NCBI GenBank assembly: GCA_043228905.1
Contig: JBHGNT010000021.1
Location: 3,348,001-3,412,000 of the forward strand
Length of the DNA: 64,000 nucleotides
DNA from: Azolla caroliniana
Lineage: Eukaryota > Plantae > Polypodiophyta
Direction of reading: 5' to 3'
The position numbers and the translations under genes are program-made. Position 1 is the first letter of the stretch. Each line of letters begins with the position of its first letter. The notes under the pieces are model-generated. The model was not told the DNA's origin. It made no database searches and worked only from the letters and a program-made list of their open reading frames with translations. This document shows positions 52,579 through 61,587 of the stretch, piece after piece.

Positions 52579-54954
52579 CTATAGCCTATATAAATGTGCT
52601 TCCTCCACATTCTTGCACTGACTTCCTTTGGCATCTATATAGATGTTACACATGCATGTATAAGCCCCATCTTCTTTGTCATTAAGTTGCAATACATGTT
52701 GAAAGGCATGTTTCCCAAGGTCCACATTCCCCCACTTCCGACAAGCGCTTAACATAGTACTCCAAGTCACATTATCAGGATGGAATGGAAACTTATCCTC
52801 AATAGCCATCAATGCATGGTCTAATTGTCCAGCTCGACCAAGAAGGTCGATCATACATGTATAATGCTCCATGGTTGGAATGATGCCAAACTCTTGAATC
52901 ATAGCATTGAAGTAAGTCTGTGCTCTATAGACCATTCCCGCGTGACTACATGCATTAAGCAAGCTAACAAATGAAATGACACTAGGTCTGTGGCCATCTG
53001 CATTCATCTTCTTGAAGATGTACAATACATCTTTAAGTTTTCCCATTTGAGCATATCCTGTCATGAGTGCATCCCATGCAATCACATCTCGAATCCGTAG
53101 CTTAGTGAAGACTATTTGTGCATCTGCAAGTGAACCACATTTTGAATACATATCAACCAGAGCATTCCCAACAATGCAATCTGTCTCAACCAGACCTTTT
53201 CTTTCAATGTCAGCATGTATTGATTTGCCCTTGCCCATGCCTCCAATCCTACCACAAGCTATTAACATGCATGTGTAAGTGATAACATCTGGAGATACTC
53301 CTCTTTCTTGCATCTGCCCAAAAATGTTCAATATTTCCTCACCAAGACCACCACCATGTTTCATGTATCCTGTAATCAACACATTCCAGATGTCGATGTT
53401 TTGATCTGGAAGATTGTTAAAAATCTGACTTGCATTATTGAGGTCTCCCCATTTCACATACATGCTAACCAAGGCATTGCCAGCTCCAGTATCTGGAATT
53501 TGTTTCAGGAAGCTTGTTGCTTCAATCATAGCATGTATTTCCCTACCCTTCCTAGTGGATTTAATGATACTACAAGCTTTCAAGGTACATGCAAATGTTA
53601 AAATATCTGGAGAAACACCCTCAAGCTGCATTTGCTTAAAGCACATAAGTGCTTCCACAGCATGCCCATTTTCAGCATACCCTGCAAGTAATGAAGTCCA
53701 TGAGAGTGTATCATGCAATGGAAGGTTATCAAAGGCGTCTCGTGCCCTGACAAAGAATCTACATCTCATGTACATACCAATCAAGGCATTTCCAATACTC
53801 AAATCGTTGCTGAGCCCATTTCTTTTAATCTCATCATGTATTCGCATGCCTTTTTCTAGTGCTCCAAATTTGCGAACTGCTTTCAGAATGCAAATATAAG
53901 TTATAGCATCTGGAGAAATACCATGAATTTGCATATGCTCGAAACAAATCAATGCTTCCTTGTCATGCTCATGTTCAACATATCCAGATATTAATACAGT
54001 CCACAAACCAACAGTTTGGATTGGATGCTTGTCAAACAGTTCTTGTGCTTGTGTTAAGAAACCGTTTTTAGCATACATATCAATTAATACGTTGCCAATA
54101 ACTGAGTTTTCGTCCACAAATGATTGCTTTTCGATCGCACAATGTATTTCCCTGCCCTTCTGAATGGTGCTAATGTTGCTACAAGCTTTCAAGCTACATG
54201 CATATGTGATGGTGTCAGGAGTAATACCCTCTAGCTGCATTTGTTTAAAAAATTCCAATGCCCTTTCATAATGCTCATGTTTCATGTAAGATGCAATGAG
54301 ATTGTTCCACAACCCTACATTCTTTTGCGGAATCACGTTGAAGACTTCTTGAGAATCTATTAAAGAACCACATTTGGCATACATATCAACCAATGCACTA
54401 CTAAGAACCAGATCTTTCTCCAACAACCCCTTCTTTATAACCTGGATATGTAATTCTTTTCCTCTCTCTCCATTTCTAATTCTACTACACGTCTTAAGCC
54501 CAGATGTGAACGTAATAGCATCAGGAGGGACACCCTCAAGTAGCATTTGATCAAAACAGTTGATTGCTCCTAGATCATCACCTTGTTTAATGTAACTCAC
54601 GATCGAAGCATTCCACAACCCTGTATCTCGAAATCTAAGCTTTGAAAATATTTCTTGTGCCTCACCAAATAAACCACATTCAGAATACATATGAAGTAAT
54701 GCACTGCCAAGAATTGTATCTCTTTCCAATAACCCTCTTCTAACAATGTCAACATGTATCTCTCTTCCCTTGTTTATAGATCGAAGCATGCCACAAACTT
54801 TCAGCATACAAGAAAATGTGCTAGCATTGGGTGACACAGAGAAATTCTGCATATTGTCAAAATAGCTTAGAGCTTTCTTGTTGTTCCCATGTTTGACCGA
54901 GGCTGCAATCAACGCATTCCACCAGGAAACACGTTGATCACATTCACTGATCAT
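52579..54954 (-). CDS. PLS-class pentatricopeptide repeat protein with E-type C-terminus, no DYW domain (candidate organellar RNA-editing factor)
   Basis: About 790-aa frame of repeated P/L/S motifs (LVDMYAKCG, WNALI, PDAITF..LKAC), then LLNACSHAG, HYTCMIDLLGRAG and TWSTMLSACRKWGN. First in-frame ATG is at 54954; the N-terminus is uncertain. Confidence 0.9.
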   Translation of the reverse strand: MISECDQRVSWWNALIAASVKHGNNKKALSYFDNMQNFSVSPNASTFSCMLKVCGMLRSINKGREIHVDIVRRGLLERDTILGSALLHMYSECGLFGEAQEIFSKLRFRDTGLWNASIVSYIKQGDDLGAINCFDQMLLEGVPPDAITFTSGLKTCSRIRNGERGKELHIQVIKKGLLEKDLVLSSALVDMYAKCGSLIDSQEVFNVIPQKNVGLWNNLIASYMKHEHYERALEFFKQMQLEGITPDTITYACSLKACSNISTIQKGREIHCAIEKQSFVDENSVIGNVLIDMYAKNGFLTQAQELFDKHPIQTVGLWTVLISGYVEHEHDKEALICFEHMQIHGISPDAITYICILKAVRKFGALEKGMRIHDEIKRNGLSNDLSIGNALIGMYMRCRFFVRARDAFDNLPLHDTLSWTSLLAGYAENGHAVEALMCFKQMQLEGVSPDILTFACTLKACSIIKSTRKGREIHAMIEATSFLKQIPDTGAGNALVSMYVKWGDLNNASQIFNNLPDQNIDIWNVLITGYMKHGGGLGEEILNIFGQMQERGVSPDVITYTCMLIACGRIGGMGKGKSIHADIERKGLVETDCIVGNALVDMYSKCGSLADAQIVFTKLRIRDVIAWDALMTGYAQMGKLKDVLYIFKKMNADGHRPSVISFVSLLNACSHAGMVYRAQTYFNAMIQEFGIIPTMEHYTCMIDLLGRAGQLDHALMAIEDKFPFHPDNVTWSTMLSACRKWGNVDLGKHAFQHVLQLNDKEDGAYTCMCNIYIDAKGSQCKNVEEAHLYRL

Positions 54955-55809
54955 GTCAATCAATAGTCTTTAAAGATGTCGATCATGTCTATAGTACAAT
55001 GAAGCCACTTTGTGACCTGAGGATTCCAAAAGGTTTTCTTCACAGATATATTGAACAGGTAGAAAATGTGATAGATTTTTGAGGAACCCAAACATCTTGT
55101 ATCTTCTCAAACTTCTGCTTCCTTTCTAAGGTTCCATGTTTGTCAAAGACATGAATCAAATACATCACATAAGGTGCCATTCCTTCACACTCGATCACGA
55201 GAAACTTTTTTGAGTCGAGCTTCAGAGATTTATCCAGAACCCGCAGTGACAACAATGAAACCAATCCTATGGATGTGGAGCATGTTTTGCCTTCTTCAGT
55301 GCAAATGAAAATCAATCAAAAGCCCATCTTCATGATAGTGTGTATTTACTACTTTCTATGGCACCTTCAAGCATAGTGTGTATACCCCAGAGTACACGAA
55401 GGATGATAAAATATCAACTTTCGTATAAGGTAATGCTAAGTACATGAAATATCACTAGTCTAACTCCTCCATTACCACCAACACTTTCTCTCAATCAGCA
55501 TTCTCCATTGAAGAATGCTTTAGTGTTCGACATGTTTTGGCCATTGGAACTACATGTAGGGCGTAGCTTAAAAACTGCACCACAAACTACAGTTATCAAG
55601 ATTTCGACAAATTCGTAGTAGCAAAATTTTCTATGCGTTCGTCGAATTGATCTGAAAGTGCCAGCTTCAATTAAAAAACTTTCCTAGTCTAACCTGGATG
55701 CAAGAAAACATAAAGCATTGCCAAAACTATGCATCTTCTTAAAACAACCTAGAGCATTTTCACTGTCACTCCATGCATTCTTCAAGAGGATGGCCATTAT
55801 GCACTGCAC

Positions 55810-56103
55810 CACTTTTGATGGGCATTCATTTGTCGATAATAACATAGGTTACTCTTGATGGGCATTCATTCATGGCAAATAGGATAGAGCACTCTTGATA
55901 GGCACTCATTCATGGAAAACAATAGATGGCATTCTTGACTGTTATTCATTATTCCCAAATATAGACCAAAATTTAAGGGAATTCGTCCATGAAAAACAAT
56001 AGAGATCACTGTTGATGGTCATTCATTCAACATAGACCACTCTTGGGGGGCATTCATTCCTGCCAGATTATAGAGACCACTCTAGATGGCCATTCATTCA
56101 TGC
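55810..56103. repeat. Diverged ~40-bp minisatellite (about 8 units) between the divergent PPR genes
   Basis: Core CACTCTTGATGGGCATTCATTC at 55810, 55850, 55890, 55930, ~55967, 56007, 56038 and 56078. Confidence 0.8.
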
Positions 56104-57024
56104 AATACAGTGACGACCCAATAAAGCAATGCATCAGCATGTAGAAAGGAGCGAGTATTCCTTTCACAGCTAGTGTGGAAAGAATCCAGTTTTCATGACT
56201 ACCTTCTAGCGTGACGAATTACAAAATTAGCACTCTAATTTTGTGAAATCACCAAAGTAGCCCTTACTGATTCAAGATAATCAAGTGGAACTTTACCACT
56301 CAAAAGTTTTATAATGGGGGTTATGTAGCATAGTCCCTTGGTGCCAATGGTAGAAAAGAGTTTGCTTCTTAACGTTATACATTATGTGAATTGGATCTTT
56401 TGACAAGAGGGACCTACTTACGAACACAATTGTTTTTATATCGTTCTATTTACGTTGTATGAATAGTTTAAGACTATCCAATCTAATGAATTCACTTTTT
56501 GATCTAGATGTAGCCTTCATATCATAATAACTGCTAACCCTACACTTCCCAACGAACACAATTTATCATCTAGTATTCCGACAAACATCTTGTCATCCTG
56601 CCAAATGGTCGGATCCAGGTGTTGATGACAATATATTTCATTGGAAACATGGGTTCTTGGGATGAAGGTCGGGCGTTGCATATATTTTACATGGTGACGT
56701 TTTAAATTTCGAGATTTATGTTTAGATTGGCTCACCACATATGAAACTCGTGTCATATATCAACGCAAAGCCCTCAAAAAAACTTGCTTCGTTATAGAGC
56801 AAAGATCAGACAAGTTTTGAGTTAACTAGGGATTGGCTTCCTGATTGAACGTACATAGAGAGAGAGTGTCCTCGTACTCAATTATCTATCTAACATTATC
56901 TTGAACCGACGAAGATCCAATTACATATGTTGTCTCGACAAGCTTTCTTTCCATTAGGGACAAATACCCAGAAACATTATTGTAGCATCTGCTAGGTCTC
57001 GATACGAAGGACCCCCCATGTCAT

Positions 57025-60000
57025 ATGTCATTGGAAAGCTCTCGACGAATACACTCTAACTACACTAAGTTTGCCAGATTTATAGTCTTTACTAATGATT
57101 CATTTCTTCCCAATAGAAAGACCCCATTGAAAGAGACTTCATATATGTATGTATGGCATCATGAAATTCAATCGACCAGTGCTCGAATCCTTGTAATTAC
57201 TAATGCATGTCAAAATGTCCATACCTCTTCTTCTTCTTCTTCTTCATCTTCTTCTTCTTCCATCTTGACAAAACACTGTCGATCTGTAATCATGCAGAGG
57301 AGCCATGGAAAATTCGCATTCTTCAGAGAACACCAGACCTTGTCCGAAACCATAGAAGCCCTCGAATCAGCAACGGTAAAGCCAAATGTCCATGTCTTCA
57401 CTCATCTTATCGATTCTTGTGCGAAGCTCCAAGACATGGCTTCTGCCAGAAAACTTCACTCTTTCATCCTCAGAAATGGTATCATTCATCTCCTACCACA
57501 GGTATCTGATCATCTCATTCGTATGTTGTCTTCATTTAGTCTTTTGCAAGAAGCAAATCGAGTGTTTGATGAAGTTCTTCATCCATCTGTGTATACATGG
57601 AATGCTATCATCACAGCGCATGTGAATCTTGGGCATGGAAGGAAGGCTATTCTTCTATATGAGAGTATGCTGGAAAAGGGATTCATTCCAGATAAGTTCA
57701 CATATCTATGCACTTTAAAATCATGTACAAAGCTGCTTGATCACAGCCAGGGGGGAAGCATCCATGATTCAATCATTCGAAGTGGGCTTGATTCAGATGT
57801 TGCTCTTATGAACAGTGTGATTGATTTCTATGCTAAATGTGGTAAGCTGGAAGAGGCAAGCTGTGTCTTTTCGCATATGTCGACCAAAAGTGTAGTTTCT
57901 TGGAGTGCATTGATCTCTGGATATGCATCTTGTGAAGATTCTTTTCATGCACTCGAGCTTTTCACCATGATGCAAACATATGAAGAAAATCAGCCTCATG
58001 GAATGTTATTTGCAAGTATAGTGAAAGCTTGTAGTAAGGAAGGAGCATTAGTAGAAGGATGGTTGATACATGATAAGATAATGAGAAGTGGATTTGACTC
58101 AAATGTATTTATTGGAAGCACCCTTATTGACATGTATGCTAAGTGTGGAGACATGGTAGTAGCTCAAAGAATGTTTGATCGAATGCCGAGTCGAGATTTG
58201 GTAGCCTGGTCAGCTCTCATATCGGGTTACACTGCCTCTGACATGGGTGTTATGGCATTGCAAAGCTATGCTTGTTTGCTAAAGGAAGGTATAGTTCCTG
58301 ACAAATACTTATTTTCTTCTGTCTTGAAAGCATGTCATAGTATCAATGATGGGATGTGGATACACGATCAAATTGTTAGAAGAGGGCTTGAGAAAAATGT
58401 AGTAGTTGGAAGTGCTCTTCTTACCTTTTATGGGGCATGTCTGTGTATGGAAGCAGCATGCAATGTGTTCTATCGGCTACCTGAACGGAATATTTTATCA
58501 TGGGGAGGATTAATAACATGTTTGGCTCAACAAGGACATGATCGCTTTGTGTTATTTTTATATGAGAAAATGCAAGAGGAGGGTATCAGGCCAGACAAAG
58601 TAATTATGGTATGCATGCTACAAATATGTAGTAACCTTGGTTCTATCTTGAATGGTTTTTTGATACACCAACAAATAGTCCATCAGAATCTTGATCTTGA
58701 TTGGGTCATTATAAAGAACCTTATAAACATGTATATAGAATGTGGAAATTTGGAAGATGCTAGGAAGTTTTACAGTAGGCTTCCTAATAGAGATGTAGAA
58801 ATATGGACGTCAATTATTCAAGGATACTGTAAAATAGATCAGTCTTCTGTTGCCATGGAGCTCTTTGATTCTTTGCAGCAAGATGATATGATAATTGTAG
58901 ACAGGGTTTTGTTTTTGTGCCTTTTGAAAGCATGTGGCAAGACAGGATCCATAGGTAAGGGAAGGCAGTTACATGTTCAAATTGTTGGAAGTGGATTAGA
59001 TCTGGATCTCGCAATAGGAAGTATCCTTGTAGGCATGTATAGTGATTGTGGAATGCTCGGTGAAGCATGGGAAGTGTTCAAGAATATTACATCTCCAGAT
59101 GTAATAGCATGGGGTGCCATGCTGGCTGGATATGTAAAACATAGAAATGAATATTTAGCGCTACAACTTTATGAAAAGTTAGTGCATTCTGATGTAATAC
59201 CAGATAAACCCATATTTTCTTACATGTTAAGGGCATGTGGTCAAATGAAAGCTGTCGAGGAAGGTCACATGTTGTATGATCAAATGATCAGAAATGGACT
59301 AATGTGTGATAGTGTCCTTGAGAACACCATTATGGACATGTATGCCAAGTGTGAATGCCTTAAAGAGGCAAATAGAATATTTGACCAGAAAATTATCCAT
59401 GATGTTGTGTCATGGGCAACAATTATCATGGCATATGTACAGACTGGTCAAGGTCTTTGTGGTCTGAAGCTATTTGAAAGAATGCAACAAGGAGATATAA
59501 AAGCAGACGCTGTAGTTCACTCCTGTATCTTGAAGGCATGTGGGAGTGTAAATGATCTCGAGAATGGGATGATGTTGCATTATGAGATACTTACTTGTGG
59601 ATGGGAATTAAATGAGCTAGTTGGATCTGCCCTGATTTGCATGTATGCAAAGTGTGGGCAATTTCATGATGCACAAAGAGTCTTTGATAAACTAGAGTCT
59701 CCAGATGAAGTTTCATGGGGTGTAATGATTGCAGCTTGTGCAAAGCATGGGCATGAAGATTGTGCTCTAACACTCTATGAAGCAATGAAAGAATATCACC
59801 TTTTACCGACAGAATCTACACTCTTATGGGTTTTGAAAGCATGTGGTGATAAAGGTGTCTTCAAACAGGGTCAGATGTTGCATTGTCATATTGTCAAATG
59901 TGGGTTAGATTCAGATATGTGCATTGTCAATTCTATTCTCGACATGTATGCAAAGTGTGGAAGCATAGAGGAATCATTCCATTTATTTGATCGAATGCTC

Positions 60001-60906
60001 TCTCGAGATGTAATGAGTTGGGGTATCATGATGGCAGCAGCACTCTTGAATGATAATCACAGAGAACTATTCAAAAAGTTAGTGGATCAGAAACAACTTG
60101 AGGGCTTTGATGCTGATGATGCGATCTTAACTAGCCTCCTTGGGGCATGCCGACAAATCGGTTTAATAGAAGATGGACTAAATTGTTTCAAATTTATGTA
60201 TAATATAGCTCCAAGTGTTGAACAATATGGATGTCTCGCTGATCTTCTTGGACGTGTTGGCTGTTTGGAAATGGCTGCAGATGTGATTCAGACAATGCCA
60301 GTTGAAGAAGATGTTCTTATGTGGACAGCATTGCTCAATAGCTGCAAAACATATGGCAACAAAGATCTTGCAAATCTTTGCCTTCAACATATCCTTAGAT
60401 TGGATCCAGATGACACCTCGGGATATGTTCTCCTTACAAGCATGCATTCTGATTCTGAAATTCTGAAGGATAAGCTACATTATTCAGCATGGAAAGACAA
60501 TGGTTTTTTCAAGAAGAGAAATTGTCTTTCTCAACATGATACGCCATTGCATTGCCTTGGGCAACAAGATGGATGTGAAAAACTCAAAGCGGAAAGTTTC
60601 ATGCCTGTACAGAGTGTTCGTGATGATATTAATGACCTTAGCAACAAGATTGCAATCCATTACAATGAAGATTCATATGCCCAACCTTGTAGAACTAGCA
60701 TTTGGTCATGTAAAGACCAGAAAATGTGTTTTCATAATTTATTGAACTTTCAAGAATGTTCCCCTGTTTGCACTTGTTTAACTTCTTCTCTGAAAACAGA
60801 AGCAATTTATATTTTTGATATTGTGTGTGGGTTAGCTTGCTTAGTTGCCTTTTGTTTTTATGTGCTTGCTTTATGTGGTCATGGATTAGCCCATCCAGTC
60901 ATATAG
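57025..60906 (+). CDS. Very long PLS-class PPR protein with E domains and a degenerate C-terminal extension
   Basis: 1293-aa open frame with roughly nine P-L-S triplets, then YGCLADLLGRVG, MWTALLNSCKTYGN and SGYVLL. The N-terminus is Ser-rich; the start could be a later ATG (57145 or 57292). Confidence 0.93.
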   Translation: MSLESSRRIHSNYTKFARFIVFTNDSFLPNRKTPLKETSYMYVWHHEIQSTSARILVITNACQNVHTSSSSSSSSSSSSILTKHCRSVIMQRSHGKFAFFREHQTLSETIEALESATVKPNVHVFTHLIDSCAKLQDMASARKLHSFILRNGIIHLLPQVSDHLIRMLSSFSLLQEANRVFDEVLHPSVYTWNAIITAHVNLGHGRKAILLYESMLEKGFIPDKFTYLCTLKSCTKLLDHSQGGSIHDSIIRSGLDSDVALMNSVIDFYAKCGKLEEASCVFSHMSTKSVVSWSALISGYASCEDSFHALELFTMMQTYEENQPHGMLFASIVKACSKEGALVEGWLIHDKIMRSGFDSNVFIGSTLIDMYAKCGDMVVAQRMFDRMPSRDLVAWSALISGYTASDMGVMALQSYACLLKEGIVPDKYLFSSVLKACHSINDGMWIHDQIVRRGLEKNVVVGSALLTFYGACLCMEAACNVFYRLPERNILSWGGLITCLAQQGHDRFVLFLYEKMQEEGIRPDKVIMVCMLQICSNLGSILNGFLIHQQIVHQNLDLDWVIIKNLINMYIECGNLEDARKFYSRLPNRDVEIWTSIIQGYCKIDQSSVAMELFDSLQQDDMIIVDRVLFLCLLKACGKTGSIGKGRQLHVQIVGSGLDLDLAIGSILVGMYSDCGMLGEAWEVFKNITSPDVIAWGAMLAGYVKHRNEYLALQLYEKLVHSDVIPDKPIFSYMLRACGQMKAVEEGHMLYDQMIRNGLMCDSVLENTIMDMYAKCECLKEANRIFDQKIIHDVVSWATIIMAYVQTGQGLCGLKLFERMQQGDIKADAVVHSCILKACGSVNDLENGMMLHYEILTCGWELNELVGSALICMYAKCGQFHDAQRVFDKLESPDEVSWGVMIAACAKHGHEDCALTLYEAMKEYHLLPTESTLLWVLKACGDKGVFKQGQMLHCHIVKCGLDSDMCIVNSILDMYAKCGSIEESFHLFDRMLSRDVMSWGIMMAAALLNDNHRELFKKLVDQKQLEGFDADDAILTSLLGACRQIGLIEDGLNCFKFMYNIAPSVEQYGCLADLLGRVGCLEMAADVIQTMPVEEDVLMWTALLNSCKTYGNKDLANLCLQHILRLDPDDTSGYVLLTSMHSDSEILKDKLHYSAWKDNGFFKKRNCLSQHDTPLHCLGQQDGCEKLKAESFMPVQSVRDDINDLSNKIAIHYNEDSYAQPCRTSIWSCKDQKMCFHNLLNFQECSPVCTCLTSSLKTEAIYIFDIVCGLACLVAFCFYVLALCGHGLAHPVI

Positions 60907-61587
60907 CCCATAATGATCTTAGGCCATAGGAATGGCACACCCTTTTTTAACATAAGTTTTGTTGGTTGAACTCTTTTCAAATGCATTCCTTGGTTTTCCA
61001 AAATGTTCCTTCCCATTCTTTTTCCATGGCATACTGAAATGCTAAATTTATCATGTGAAGGGCCCACATATATTTGGAATAGAATAGAATAAAGATGAGG
61101 CTATATTTGACCAATGGGACCAAATCAACATGTCATCTTATATGGGACGACTTCCTAACAAGGGGGATTACTACTCTATAGTAAAAACTCTCGATGTGAA
61201 AACAATGCATGCACATGTGCTCTCCCTTCTTGGTAGAAGTTTGAGTATGACACTCGCATTATCATGCTTGTGTAAAAAGTCATCGTATTTCTCCTTAGTA
61301 ACCTTATGTGCTAAGCATGTGATAAGTGAGTGATATTCGTCTTTCACTAGTTCTCATTGTATACCTTGCATATCTTCATGTTGTTGCCTCAACACCCAAC
61401 TTGTGTGAGAAAAAGTTTAAAGAAGTGTTAAGGATCTTCAAGAGCCAAGGCTCATGGGGGGTAGCGAAATGTGATTTGTTATGTTTTGACATTTTCTCCT
61501 TGTATTGGGGCCAATATTGTTGGATAATATATGCAAAGTAACATTCCAATTTTCACATTTTATCATCTTGCCACTTTATCCTTAGTG

